This document shows positions 15,384 through 24,745 of a DNA stretch of 32,000 bases, piece by piece. The position numbers and the translations under genes were made by a program. The notes beneath the pieces were generated by a model, which was not told where the DNA came from, did no database searches, and saw only the letters and a list, made by a program, of their open reading frames with translations. The stretch is from NCBI RefSeq assembly GCF_019464535.1, contig NZ_CP080507.1, positions 90,001-122,000 on the forward strand. Direction: 5' to 3'. Position 1 is the stretch's first letter, and each line of letters starts with the position of its first letter. Source of the DNA: Horticoccus luteus. Lineage in GTDB: Bacteria > Verrucomicrobiota > Verrucomicrobiia > Opitutales > Opitutaceae.

Positions 15384-18300
15384 ATGTCTTCCGCTCCCCG
15401 CCCCGCCTCTGCTCCTTCCCTCCGGCCGATCAAGAAATTGATGGCCGCCAATCGCAGCGAAATCGCGGTGCGGATCTTTCGCGCCGGCACTGAACTGGGG
15501 CTGCGCACCGTCGCGGTTTTCGCGCAGGAAGACCGGTTGAGCATTCACCGCTACAAGGCGGACGAGGCCTACCAAGTCGGCATCGGCAAGGGGCCGGTCG
15601 CGGCGTATCTCGACATCGACAGCATCGTCGCGGTGGCGAAGGAAAAAGGCGTGGACGCGATCCACCCCGGTTATGGTTTTCTTTCGGAGAACGCGGACTT
15701 CGCGCGGGCGTGCGAAAAGGCGGGCGTGATTTTTGTGGGGCCGCGAGCGGAACTGCTGGAGATGATGGGCGACAAGACGGCGGCGCGCGCGGTGGCGAAG
15801 CGGGTGAAGGTGCCGGTCCTGCCGGGCACGGAGGAGCCGGTGAGCGATCGCGATGAGGCGATGAAGATCGCGAAGACGATCGGGTTTCCGCTCATCATCA
15901 AGGCGGCGTTTGGCGGTGGCGGGCGCGGGATGCGCGTGGTGCACAAGGCGGCGGATCTGGCGGCGCTGCTGGACGAGGCGCAGGGAGAAGCGGGGCGGGC
16001 GTTTGGGAATCCGGCGGTGTTTCTCGAAAAATACATTCCGCGGGCGAAGCACATCGAGGTGCAGATTCTGGGCGACCGGCATGGCAACGTGATTCACCTG
16101 CACGAGCGCGACTGCTCCGTGCAGCGGCGGCACCAGAAGGTCGTCGAAGTGGCGCCGAGTTTTGGTTTGCCGGAAAAGATCATCAGCGAGTTGTGCGAGG
16201 CGGCGGCGCGGCTGGCGCGGGAGATTCGTTACGACAACGCGGGCACGATCGAATTTCTCTACGACCTCGACCGCCACGAGTGGTTTTTCATCGAGATGAA
16301 TCCGCGCATCCAGGTGGAGCACACGGTGACGGAAGTCATCACCGGGCTCGATCTGGTGCGGGCGCAGATCTTGATCGCGCAAGGCCACGCGTTGCACTCG
16401 CCGGAGGTCGGCATGCCGGCGCAGGACGCGGTGCCGCGCAACGGTTACGCGATCCAGTGCCGCATCACGACGGAGGATCCGGAAAACAAATTCGTGCCGG
16501 ATTACGGGCGGATCCTGGCGTATCGTTCGCCGGGCGGTTTCGGACTGCGGCTCGATGGCGGGATGGGCTACGCGGGCGCGGTGATCACGCCGTTCTACGA
16601 TTCGCTGCTGGTGAAGAGCATCACGAGCGCACCGAGCTACGAAATCGCGATCCGGCGGACGCTGCGGGTGTTGAGCGAGTTTCGGATTCGCGGAGTGAAG
16701 ACGAACATCCCGTTTCTCGAAAATCTCGTCGCGCATCCGGCGTTTCGGACGGGCGAGACGACGACGACGCTGATCGATACGACGCCGGAGCTGTTCAAAT
16801 TCAAGCCGCGGCGCGACCGTGCGACGAAGCTGTTGAACTTCCTCGGCCATGTGATCGTGAACGGCAACCCGCACGCGAAGGGTTATCGGCCGGAGAAGCC
16901 GTTGCTCGCGGCGGCGGCGCCGGCGGCGGGTCTGGGCGAACCGCCGCGCGGCACGCGGCAGCTCCTGCTCGAACTGGGGCCGAAGAAATTCGCCGAGTGG
17001 ACGTTGAAGCAGAAGCGGCTGCTGATCACGGACACGACGTTTCGCGATGCGCATCAGTCGTTGATGGCGACGCGGGTGCGCAGCTACGACATGCTGGCGT
17101 GCGCGCCGGCGGTGGCGCACCACGCGGCGGGGCTCTTCTCGCTGGAAATGTGGGGCGGGGCGACGTTCGACACGGCGATGCGTTTCCTGCACGAGGATCC
17201 GTGGGACCGGTTGCGCGAGCTGCGCGCGAGCATCCCGAACATTTGCTTTCAGATGCTGTTTCGTGGGGCCAACGCGGTGGGCTACACGAATTATCCGGAC
17301 AGCGTGGTGGCGGGATTCGTGAAGCACGCGGCGGCGAGCGGCATGGATATTTTCCGGATTTTCGATTCGTTGAACTATCTGCCGAATCTGCGCGTGGGCA
17401 TGGAGGCGGTGCAGGACACGCACGCGGTGTGCGAGGCGGCGATCTGCTACACGGGCGACATTCTCGACGCGCGGCGGGACAAGTTCGGCCTGACGTATTA
17501 CGTGAAGCTGGCGCAGGAGCTAGAGCGGATGGGCGCGCATTTTCTCGCGATCAAGGACATGGCGGGCCTGTGCCGGCCCTACGCGGCGCAGAAACTCGTG
17601 AAGACGTTGCGCGAAGAAGTGGGGCTGCCGATCCACTTTCATACGCACGACACGAGTGGGATCGCGTCGGCCTCGATTTTGCGCGCGAGCGATGCGGGCG
17701 TGAGTGTCGTCGATCTCGCGCTGGCGTCGATGAGCGGGAGCACGGCGCAGCCGAACTTGAACTCAATCGTCGCCGCGCTGCAGCACACGCCGCGCGACAC
17801 GCAGCTCGAGCTCGAGCAGTTGAACGCGTTCTCCGATTACTGGGAGCACGTGCGCGGATTTTACCGGCCGTTCGACACGGCGCCGAAGACCGGGTCGGCG
17901 GAGGTTTACCTGCACGAGATGCCGGGCGGGCAATACACGAATCTCAAGGAGCAGGCGTCGGCGATGGGCATGGCGCATCGCTGGCCGGAGATCGCGCGGA
18001 CCTACGCGGAAGTGAATCAGCTTTTCGGCGACATCGTAAAGGTGACGCCGTCGTCGAAGGTGGTGGGCGATCTGGCGTTGTTTCTGTTTTCGCGCGGCAT
18101 CAAGCCGGCGGATGTGGTGAACCTCGAGCCGGGCGCGACGCCGTTTCCCGAGAGCGTGATCGATATGTTGTCGGGCGGACTCGGCTGGCCGGAAGGTGGC
18201 TGGCCGGAGCCGATGTGGCGCGCGATCCTGGGCGACGCGGCGTTCAAGGCGGCGAAGGCGAAATACGCGGCGGCGACGAAGGCGAAGAAAACCGGACGCC

Positions 18301-18932
18301 TGAGTGCGAGTGCGGCGGCGGCGAAAGCGGCGGTGGGCGCGGCGGAACTCGCGAAACTGCGCGCGGAACTCGCGGAGAAGCTGCGGCGCGAACCGACGGA
18401 GGATGAGTTGTATTCGCACCTGATGTATCCGTCGGTCTTCGCGGATTTCACGAAGCACCAGCGGGAGTTTGGCGACGTGAGCGTGCTGCCGACGCCGGCA
18501 TTTTTCTACGGGTTGAAACCGGGCGAGGAAATTTCGGTGGAGATCGAGGAAGGCAAGGTGCTCATCATCCGCTTGGTGTCGGTCGGCCCGGCGGACAAGG
18601 ACGGCCGGCGGACGCTGAGCTACGAGTTGAACGGCATCGGGCGGGAGGCGTTCATCACGGACAAGAGCGTGGCGCCGAAATCGAAGGCGCGGGCGAAGGC
18701 GGATCTGGCGGACGCGTTGCAAGTGGCGGCGCCGATTCCGGGATTGATCGTGGTGCTGTCGGCATCGGTCGGCGCGAAAGTCACGAAGGGCGACAAGCTC
18801 TTCATGATGGAGGCGATGAAGATGCAGACGACGGTTTACGCGCAGGCCGATGGCGTGATCGCGGAAGTGCACGCGGCGGTGGGCGACACGGTCGAGGCGA
18901 AGGATTTGATCGTGAAGCTGCGGGCGGGCTGA
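15384..18932 (+). CDS. pyc: Pyruvate carboxylase (single-chain: biotin carboxylase + carboxyltransferase + biotinyl domain)
   Basis: 1182 aa. The N-terminus is a biotin carboxylase ATP-grasp domain (IHPGYGFLSEN, EMNPRIQVEHTVTE). The centre is an HMGL-like carboxyltransferase (DTTFRDAHQSL, HFHTHDTSG). The C-terminus is a biotinyl domain with EAMKMQ. Confidence 0.95.
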   Translation: MSSAPRPASAPSLRPIKKLMAANRSEIAVRIFRAGTELGLRTVAVFAQEDRLSIHRYKADEAYQVGIGKGPVAAYLDIDSIVAVAKEKGVDAIHPGYGFLSENADFARACEKAGVIFVGPRAELLEMMGDKTAARAVAKRVKVPVLPGTEEPVSDRDEAMKIAKTIGFPLIIKAAFGGGGRGMRVVHKAADLAALLDEAQGEAGRAFGNPAVFLEKYIPRAKHIEVQILGDRHGNVIHLHERDCSVQRRHQKVVEVAPSFGLPEKIISELCEAAARLAREIRYDNAGTIEFLYDLDRHEWFFIEMNPRIQVEHTVTEVITGLDLVRAQILIAQGHALHSPEVGMPAQDAVPRNGYAIQCRITTEDPENKFVPDYGRILAYRSPGGFGLRLDGGMGYAGAVITPFYDSLLVKSITSAPSYEIAIRRTLRVLSEFRIRGVKTNIPFLENLVAHPAFRTGETTTTLIDTTPELFKFKPRRDRATKLLNFLGHVIVNGNPHAKGYRPEKPLLAAAAPAAGLGEPPRGTRQLLLELGPKKFAEWTLKQKRLLITDTTFRDAHQSLMATRVRSYDMLACAPAVAHHAAGLFSLEMWGGATFDTAMRFLHEDPWDRLRELRASIPNICFQMLFRGANAVGYTNYPDSVVAGFVKHAAASGMDIFRIFDSLNYLPNLRVGMEAVQDTHAVCEAAICYTGDILDARRDKFGLTYYVKLAQELERMGAHFLAIKDMAGLCRPYAAQKLVKTLREEVGLPIHFHTHDTSGIASASILRASDAGVSVVDLALASMSGSTAQPNLNSIVAALQHTPRDTQLELEQLNAFSDYWEHVRGFYRPFDTAPKTGSAEVYLHEMPGGQYTNLKEQASAMGMAHRWPEIARTYAEVNQLFGDIVKVTPSSKVVGDLALFLFSRGIKPADVVNLEPGATPFPESVIDMLSGGLGWPEGGWPEPMWRAILGDAAFKAAKAKYAAATKAKKTGRLSASAAAAKAAVGAAELAKLRAELAEKLRREPTEDELYSHLMYPSVFADFTKHQREFGDVSVLPTPAFFYGLKPGEEISVEIEEGKVLIIRLVSVGPADKDGRRTLSYELNGIGREAFITDKSVAPKSKARAKADLADALQVAAPIPGLIVVLSASVGAKVTKGDKLFMMEAMKMQTTVYAQADGVIAEVHAAVGDTVEAKDLIVKLRAG

Positions 18933-19115
18933 ACGGGGGGCGCGGCTGCGTCGTCGCCGGGACGCCCAGTCAGCGCAACGCTGCGGAGCGCGGCACCGTC
19001 ACCGCTGGTCAACCACGCAATGTGGGCGCAATGAAGTTTTCGCCGCGGCGAAACGCGAGCGCCGCTTCGGTTACGCGCGGCCAGTCGATGGCGGGGCGCG
19101 CGGCGGATTCCGTGG

Positions 19116-19757
19116 TTACGGAGAAGTCGCGGGGCGGCAGAGGAGGTAGAGCCACATGGGCGTGCCGTCGGGCTGGCGTTGGACGGCGCCGGAGAGCGCG
19201 TCGAGGCCGGCGGCGGCGATTTGGGCGCGCCACCACTCGACGGGTTTCACGGTGAGGTGCAGGGGCGCACCGATGACTTTCGGGCCGAACGAGTCGGGAA
19301 AGAGGGCGATGCCGAGAAACACACAGCGCGTCGCGGCGAGGCAGAGGTTGCGCAGCACGGCGGGCACCTTGTCCGTGGGAATGTGTTCCATGACATCGGT
19401 GCAGACGACGGCGTCGTTGGGCGTGGGGAGGGCGCAATCGTCCCAGAGGCAGCCGGTGGTGAGCAGCGCGGCTTCGCGGCCCGCGAACCAAGGGTCGAGA
19501 CAGTTGCCGGCGATGTCGAACCCGCGGATGGAAAATTCGGCGGCGTGGCGCTCGAGGATGCGCTGCATGAATTTCCCGGAGCCGCAGCCGGCGTCGAGGA
19601 TCGAGCGCACGCCGAGGGTGCGGAATTGGGCGGCGAGATGCAGTTTTTCCAACGCATGCAGGCCGGGCGAGAAGCGGCGGTAGTCGTCGTGCCGCCACAT
19701 GAATTCGTATTTGGCGCGCTCGTGGTCGGACGCGGTTTCGGCGGGAAGAGAGAGCAT
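19116..19757 (-). CDS. Class I SAM-dependent methyltransferase
   Basis: Motif I is ILDAGCGSGKF and the post-I acidic residue is in GFDIAG. VVCTDVMEHIP is also present. Start is ATG 19757 or the upstream GTG/ATG at 19829/19823, which would add a very basic extension. Confidence 0.75.
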   Translation of the reverse strand: MLSLPAETASDHERAKYEFMWRHDDYRRFSPGLHALEKLHLAAQFRTLGVRSILDAGCGSGKFMQRILERHAAEFSIRGFDIAGNCLDPWFAGREAALLTTGCLWDDCALPTPNDAVVCTDVMEHIPTDKVPAVLRNLCLAATRCVFLGIALFPDSFGPKVIGAPLHLTVKPVEWWRAQIAAAGLDALSGAVQRQPDGTPMWLYLLCRPATSP

Positions 19758-19897
19758 GAGACGGGAAATGAAGCGGCGATGGAAGCGATGGAATCGGCGA
19801 CGAAGGCGGGTCAGTCGAAGCATCGGCACACGCGGCCCGGAGCTTGAGCGCGATCGGCGTCCGGCGCGCGGAACATGGCGGAAGGAAGCCGCGGCGC

Positions 19898-20049
19898 GCG
19901 TTGGCGGGCGCGGGGATGGGACGGGGGCGCGGGGTGCATTTCCTCATTCGGCAGGCTGCGACCAAGCGCGGTGGAGGCGGCGAAATGAGGGTTAGATTGT
20001 CGGGATGCGTAACGAGAAATTGCAGCCTAATAGGTTGCAATTGTCTTGG
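19898..20049. repeat. Diverged direct repeat, copy A (paralog of 22681..22799)
   Basis: There are three collinear blocks shared with copy B. GCGTTGGCGGGCGCGGG matches 17/17, ATTC[G/T]GCAGGCTGC[G/A]ACC matches 16/18, and TG..(A/C)CCTAAT.GGTT.CA...TC.TTGG matches 19/29. Confidence 0.7.
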
Positions 20050-20078
20050 GCGATGGGACGGACAGATGTGAGGGCGAG

Positions 20079-20098
20079 GTGGGCACGCAGGTGCCCAC
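20079..20098. terminator. Perfect hairpin downstream of the DUF3160-like gene (possible terminator)
   Basis: GTGGGCAC-GCAG-GTGCCCAC lies 50 nt beyond the stop at 20148. There is no U-tract on the bottom strand and only GTTTCGAATT on the top strand. Confidence 0.3.
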
Positions 20099-20147
20099 GT
20101 TTCGAATTGGTCAGGGCGCGCGGCCGCCCATGAGCCAACGACGCGGA

Positions 20148-22604
20148 TTACGGTTCGCGGTAGGGTTCCAACCAAACTGCCCTCGGTGGGGGCGTGGGCC
20201 GGGCGAGTTTGGCGCGCCATTCTGCGTCGGTGAGGCGCGTGGTGGAGTGGTCTTCGTAGTAGGGGATCACGGCACCGGTGCAGAGGATGTCGCGACCGTG
20301 CCACGGATAGAGCACGTAGAGCGCAGCCGGACGGCCGAGGGCGGCGGCGAAGGATTCGTCGTGCGCCGAGTCGCGGGCATACTCGGCCCAGCGAGGGACA
20401 TCGTCCTCAGGTTTATAGGCGTCGCCAAAGTAGCCCAACACATAAGCGAGAGTCGTCCCATAGGACTTGACGAATTGCGCTTCCTCCACGTTCCAGTTGC
20501 GTTGCCGGAGTTGTTTTTGAACGAGCGTCTCCAAGCGAGCGACGAGGTTTTGCAGCGCGGTCCACCGGGCGGAGAGCAGCATGAATTTCTTGTGACCCTC
20601 AAGCGGCGGGAGTGGTTTGGATTCGACGTCGGCAGCGGAGGCGCGGAGCCCGGAGGCGAGGCGGGCAATGAGCGCGAGCCGGCGGGAGGGAGAATCCGCC
20701 CGACCTAGTTCAGAGACCGATTCCAACAGCTCGTCGGGCAAAGTCTCGCTCCCAGGAAAGTCGAGGAAGGCGCCGTAGGACGCGGCTAACGCGTCTGGGG
20801 ATGACCATTCCCGCCCGCCGGTTTCGCGACCGGCGCGAATTTCCAGGGCGACCGCTTCGAGCATGGTCGCCTGCCTGCGATAAGACGCCGCGAGGCTCGC
20901 GCTCGTGCGCTCCAGTCCACCGGCGTCGGTGAGTTGTTCGCGCGCGGATTGGAGGAAGACGCTGAACCGGCGAAAGAAAGTGGGGTTGGGCTCGATGAAT
21001 CCCGCCGGCAGTGAATGGATGCCGAGCGTGCTGACCGCGATTTTGCTTTGCAGCGTAAAGGTGTGATGCATCTGAGCCCAGCCAGCGAGAACGGTCTGTG
21101 CGGATTTGGCGGACCAGGCTTCACCGCTCATGAACGGCGGCGCTTCCGGATCGGCGGGCGAGAACTGCGCGGCAAGAAGCCAAAGGTAGCTCTCGTAAAG
21201 CGAGCGGTCGGCACCGGACGGATCTGGATCGTCCAAATTCAATCGGGATTGCACGTCGGCGCGGAGCGTTTGTCCGAGTCGGTCGCCGTCGGCGGCAAGC
21301 TGGCGGGTCATCCAAGTCGAACCGAGCAGAGCTGGAATCTGGCGGCTGTCGGGAGATTGCTGGTGATCAAGCAGGCCTTGAAAGATGATGGTGTCGGGGA
21401 GCAGCGCAGCGACCAGGACGTGAAAAGGTGCGAGGGTCTCGTTGCGAGGGGAGGGAAGCTGGAGTGTATCACGCACACGGCTGCGGAGCGGCGGCAATTC
21501 GGTGCGGGCCCGGGCGAGCTGCTCGGCCCAGCCGCGGCCGGAAGGGACGGAGTCGAAATTCACCAGCGATCCGGCGTCGACGAGGGAGCGATCCTCCGGC
21601 GGGGCGATCAGATCGAGATAGTTTTCGAAAAAGCTGTGGCCGAAATTGGACTTCGTTCGCGCAGCGTAGCCGAGCAGCGCGATGGCGCCAAACTCCTGAT
21701 CGCGCTGAACACGGAACGGCACCGATTGCAGCCACCGGACGGCGCGAAAGTAGTCGGCGAGCACAGGATCATCAGCGTAAAAACCGACCGGCTTCATACG
21801 GCGGTAGTCGAGGGCGACGAACTCTGGTTGCGTGGGCGCAAGCCAGGCGGGCAGTTGCACAGCTTCGGAGGCGCGAATGAGGGCGACCTCCGCGGAGATG
21901 TCAGCGCGCACGGCGGGATCGAAGCGATCCAGCGGCGTGCCCAGAATCACCAAGGCGGGACCGACGGCGCGTTGCGCGAAAGCCCACGCGGGAGCCAGAT
22001 CGGCCGCTGGGAACGGTGACCGGCCAAGCAGGATCCGGACTTGGGCGAGGACGCGTTCCAATTCGCCGCGGAGTTGGTCGGCACGGCTGAGTTCGAGATC
22101 GCGAAACGTTTCCTCGAAAAGTCCGTGAAACGCATTCAAGAGCGAGTCACTGGTGATGAAGGTTGGGGTGCGCGGCGAAGTATAGAACTCGAACATCTGG
22201 CGGTGCTCGCTTCGACCAAGAAGCAGGCCGTGGGCGGCGAGGCGGTCTCGGCCCGGCGTGGTGAGGAACAAGCGCTTCGCGGCGACGATCTGCCATTCGT
22301 CTTGCGGCAGGGCTTCGGGAAGGGGTGCCTCCGCTTTGGGCGCCGTGGCAGCGCGTTCGCGAGCGCCGACAGCCACGGCGATGGCGTGCGATCGGCGTTG
22401 GTCGGGCGTCAGCGAGTCGTCCCACGCGCGCCAGTCGACGATCCAGCGGTCGAGTGCGGCGTCGCGCTCCGGGGCGGTGAGTTGAGCGATGTCGGGGAAC
22501 CCCGGCTCGGACGGAATCGCGGGGGAGGCGGGAGCCGCCCGAGAAGAGGATAAAAATACGGCCAAGGATAAAAACAGCATGCAACGAGAGAGCGCGCAGG
22601 GCAT
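20148..22604 (-). CDS. Large secreted protein, DUF3160-like
   Basis: ATG 22604 gives a signal-like N-terminus, MPCALSRCMLFLSLAVFLSSSRAAPA. From memory, FITSDSLLNAFH, LDYRRMKPVGFY...YFRAVRWLQ, LAGWAQMHHTFTLQSK and GAVIPYYE resemble conserved DUF3160 blocks. This needs HMM confirmation. Confidence 0.7.
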   Translation of the reverse strand: MPCALSRCMLFLSLAVFLSSSRAAPASPAIPSEPGFPDIAQLTAPERDAALDRWIVDWRAWDDSLTPDQRRSHAIAVAVGARERAATAPKAEAPLPEALPQDEWQIVAAKRLFLTTPGRDRLAAHGLLLGRSEHRQMFEFYTSPRTPTFITSDSLLNAFHGLFEETFRDLELSRADQLRGELERVLAQVRILLGRSPFPAADLAPAWAFAQRAVGPALVILGTPLDRFDPAVRADISAEVALIRASEAVQLPAWLAPTQPEFVALDYRRMKPVGFYADDPVLADYFRAVRWLQSVPFRVQRDQEFGAIALLGYAARTKSNFGHSFFENYLDLIAPPEDRSLVDAGSLVNFDSVPSGRGWAEQLARARTELPPLRSRVRDTLQLPSPRNETLAPFHVLVAALLPDTIIFQGLLDHQQSPDSRQIPALLGSTWMTRQLAADGDRLGQTLRADVQSRLNLDDPDPSGADRSLYESYLWLLAAQFSPADPEAPPFMSGEAWSAKSAQTVLAGWAQMHHTFTLQSKIAVSTLGIHSLPAGFIEPNPTFFRRFSVFLQSAREQLTDAGGLERTSASLAASYRRQATMLEAVALEIRAGRETGGREWSSPDALAASYGAFLDFPGSETLPDELLESVSELGRADSPSRRLALIARLASGLRASAADVESKPLPPLEGHKKFMLLSARWTALQNLVARLETLVQKQLRQRNWNVEEAQFVKSYGTTLAYVLGYFGDAYKPEDDVPRWAEYARDSAHDESFAAALGRPAALYVLYPWHGRDILCTGAVIPYYEDHSTTRLTDAEWRAKLARPTPPPRAVWLEPYREP

Positions 22605-22680
22605 GGCTTGACGACAGCGCCGGACGGCGGCCCACGCAAGACGGAGAGATGGCGTGCGCGAGCGGAAAGGGGGCGAACGT

Positions 22681-22799
22681 GCGTTGGCGGGCGCGGGCAA
22701 TGGGGCGGCAGAATTTTGGGAGGAATTCTTTATTCTGCAGGCTGCAACCGGCCGAGGCGCACAGACTAAGTGTCACCTAATCGGTTACACTCTCCTTGG
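22681..22799. repeat. Diverged direct repeat, copy B (paralog of 19898..20049)
   Basis: It has the same three blocks as copy A, in the divergent intergenic region between the DUF3160-like gene (-) and the DUF2157 gene (+). Relative to A it lacks about 28 nt between blocks 2 and 1. Confidence 0.7.
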
Positions 22800-22978
22800 A
22801 ACGAAAAACACGGGCGGGTGAAGGCGAGAGTCGGATGGGATCGGAGGTCCGCATGAGGGAGAGAGCGCTGGGACGGGGATGGAGCGGAGGGACGGCGGAT
22901 GTCGGCGGGTCGGGAGCGAGGGGAGCGGCGCAAAAAGCCGGGCTTGCGAGCGTCGTCGCCGCGATTAGGAACGGTGGC

Positions 22979-24166
22979 ATGTCGTTCGAAACGCGTTTGC
23001 GGAAGGAGACGCCGCGGTGGGTGGCGGCGGGCGTCGTGACGGCGGAACAGGCGCGACGGATCGAGGCGTGGCATGCTGGGAACGAGGGAGCGGCGGCGCG
23101 GCGGTTTCTGGGCGTGCTGACGATGCTGGGCGGGGTGTTGTGCGTCGTGGGACTCGCGTTGGTCATCAAGGCGAATTGGGAGCACGTGCATCGGTGGTGG
23201 AAGCTCGCAACGCTCGTGGTGCTGCTCGGCGCGGCGTATGGGTTTGGCTTTGGGTTAAAGGAGGGGCCGCGGCAAATGGGGCGCACGGGCGGGGCGTTAT
23301 TGATGGCGGGGTGCGGGCTGTTTCTTCTCGGGATCGTGCTCGTGGGGCAGATTTATCATTTGAGCGGATTGGTCGGCGACGCGGTGGCGTTGTGGATCGC
23401 CGGGATTGCGGCGGTGCCTTTTCTCACGCGGACGCGGGGAACGTTTTTCGTGCTGCTGCTCGCGGTGGATGCGTGGGTGTGGAGCAGTGCGGTGGAGCCC
23501 GGCGGGCGGTTGACGGGGCTCGCGGGCTTGCAGGGAAGCGAGGAAATGGCGCTGTTGTTTTCGCTGCTGTGCCTGTCGCTGGCGTTGTATTGGAGCGCGG
23601 CGTGGTGGAGCGCGCGGTGGCGGTCGTTTGCGGCGATGCAGCGCGCGTGGGCGTTGATCGGCGTGGGTGCGACGGTTTACGCGGCGGGATTTTTTCATAA
23701 CGAATGGGTCGTGCGGTCGTCGACGTTGCTGGCGGAGCCGGCGGCGGTGGGGGTGGGGCTGGTGCTGCTGGTAAGCGCGATGGCGGCGCGCGTGGATTTC
23801 GCAGGCTGGCGGAGGTTGTCGCCGTGGTTGCTGCTGGCGGCGGTGCCCGCGGCGATCGCGGTCGGGGGATTTTTCGGGGAGACGACGCGCGTGGTTTGCG
23901 CGTGGTTGAGCAGTGGGGCGTTGGTGCTGCTCGGGGTGTTCATGGCGCGGGCGGGATTGCAGGAGGAAAAGCCGTGGCTCGTGAATGCGGGCATTGGATT
24001 CATCGCGCTGACGATTCTGACGCGCTATTTCGATGTGTTTGCATCGATGCTGGACCAAGGGCTGATGTTTCTCGTGAGCGGCGTGGTGGTGCTGGGACTG
24101 GGCTGGGTGCTGGAGGGGCGACGGCGGGTGTTGTTGCGCGCGATCCGGCAGGGAGGTGAAGCATGA
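22979..24166 (+). CDS. DUF2157-like polytopic membrane protein
   Basis: ATG at 22979 gives MSFETRLRKETPRWVAAGVVTAEQARRIEAWH, a soluble N-terminal helix typical of DUF2157. About 10 hydrophobic helices follow. It is followed by, and overlaps (ATGA), a GDYXXLXY gene, which is the usual genomic partner. Confidence 0.7.
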   Translation: MSFETRLRKETPRWVAAGVVTAEQARRIEAWHAGNEGAAARRFLGVLTMLGGVLCVVGLALVIKANWEHVHRWWKLATLVVLLGAAYGFGFGLKEGPRQMGRTGGALLMAGCGLFLLGIVLVGQIYHLSGLVGDAVALWIAGIAAVPFLTRTRGTFFVLLLAVDAWVWSSAVEPGGRLTGLAGLQGSEEMALLFSLLCLSLALYWSAAWWSARWRSFAAMQRAWALIGVGATVYAAGFFHNEWVVRSSTLLAEPAAVGVGLVLLVSAMAARVDFAGWRRLSPWLLLAAVPAAIAVGGFFGETTRVVCAWLSSGALVLLGVFMARAGLQEEKPWLVNAGIGFIALTILTRYFDVFASMLDQGLMFLVSGVVVLGLGWVLEGRRRVLLRAIRQGGEA

Positions 24167-24675
24167 CGCGCGCGCGGTGGCTGATCGTGGTAGTGGCGCT
24201 GCAAGCGGGCTATCTGCTCGCGTGGGCGGGTTATCACGAGTGGGCGCGGGCGACGGGACTGGTGGTGCGGCTGGAGACGGCGCCGGTGGATCCGCAGGAC
24301 CTCATGCGGGGCGATTACCTGGTGCTGCGTTACAAAATCAGCGACGTGGCGGTGCCGTGGAGCGAGCCCGAGGAGGGGGCGAGAGCGGGGCGCGACATCT
24401 GGGTGACGTTGAAACCGAAGGAGGGATTTTACGTCGTGGACCGGGCGTCGTGGACCGCGCCGACGAGTGCGACGGCGGGAATCGTGGTGCATGGGCACGT
24501 GCGCGGACCGGCGGTGAAGCGCGAGATGCGCGTGGATTATGGGATCGAGAAATATTTTGTGCCGGAGGGCAAAGGAACGCCGCGGTTCAAAACGATGGTC
24601 GTCGAGGCGGTGGTGGATGCGGACGGCGGGATGGCGATCAAGCGCGTGCTGGTGGACGGGAAATCGTATCCGTAG
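24163..24675 (+). CDS. GDYXXLXY domain-containing protein
   Basis: There is an N-terminal TM helix (WLIVVVALQAGYLLAWAGY), followed by the literal motif PVDPQDLMRGDYLVLRY. The start overlaps the upstream stop (ATGA at 24163-24166). Confidence 0.85.
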   Translation: MTRARWLIVVVALQAGYLLAWAGYHEWARATGLVVRLETAPVDPQDLMRGDYLVLRYKISDVAVPWSEPEEGARAGRDIWVTLKPKEGFYVVDRASWTAPTSATAGIVVHGHVRGPAVKREMRVDYGIEKYFVPEGKGTPRFKTMVVEAVVDADGGMAIKRVLVDGKSYP

Positions 24676-24745
24676 AGCAGGGCGGGGCGCGGGGAGAGGT
24701 GACGGTCGGCTTGCATCGGATAGGCGGAATAGCAGTGTGAAGCGC

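Noticed and set aside
14508-17423. 971-aa ORF antisense to pyruvate carboxylase, plus the 737-aa alternate-frame ORF 16193..18406.
   Set aside because: The Arg/Pro/His-rich low-complexity translation has no recognisable motifs. It lies entirely opposite or within an unambiguous pyc reading frame. These are typical shadow ORFs of GC-rich DNA.
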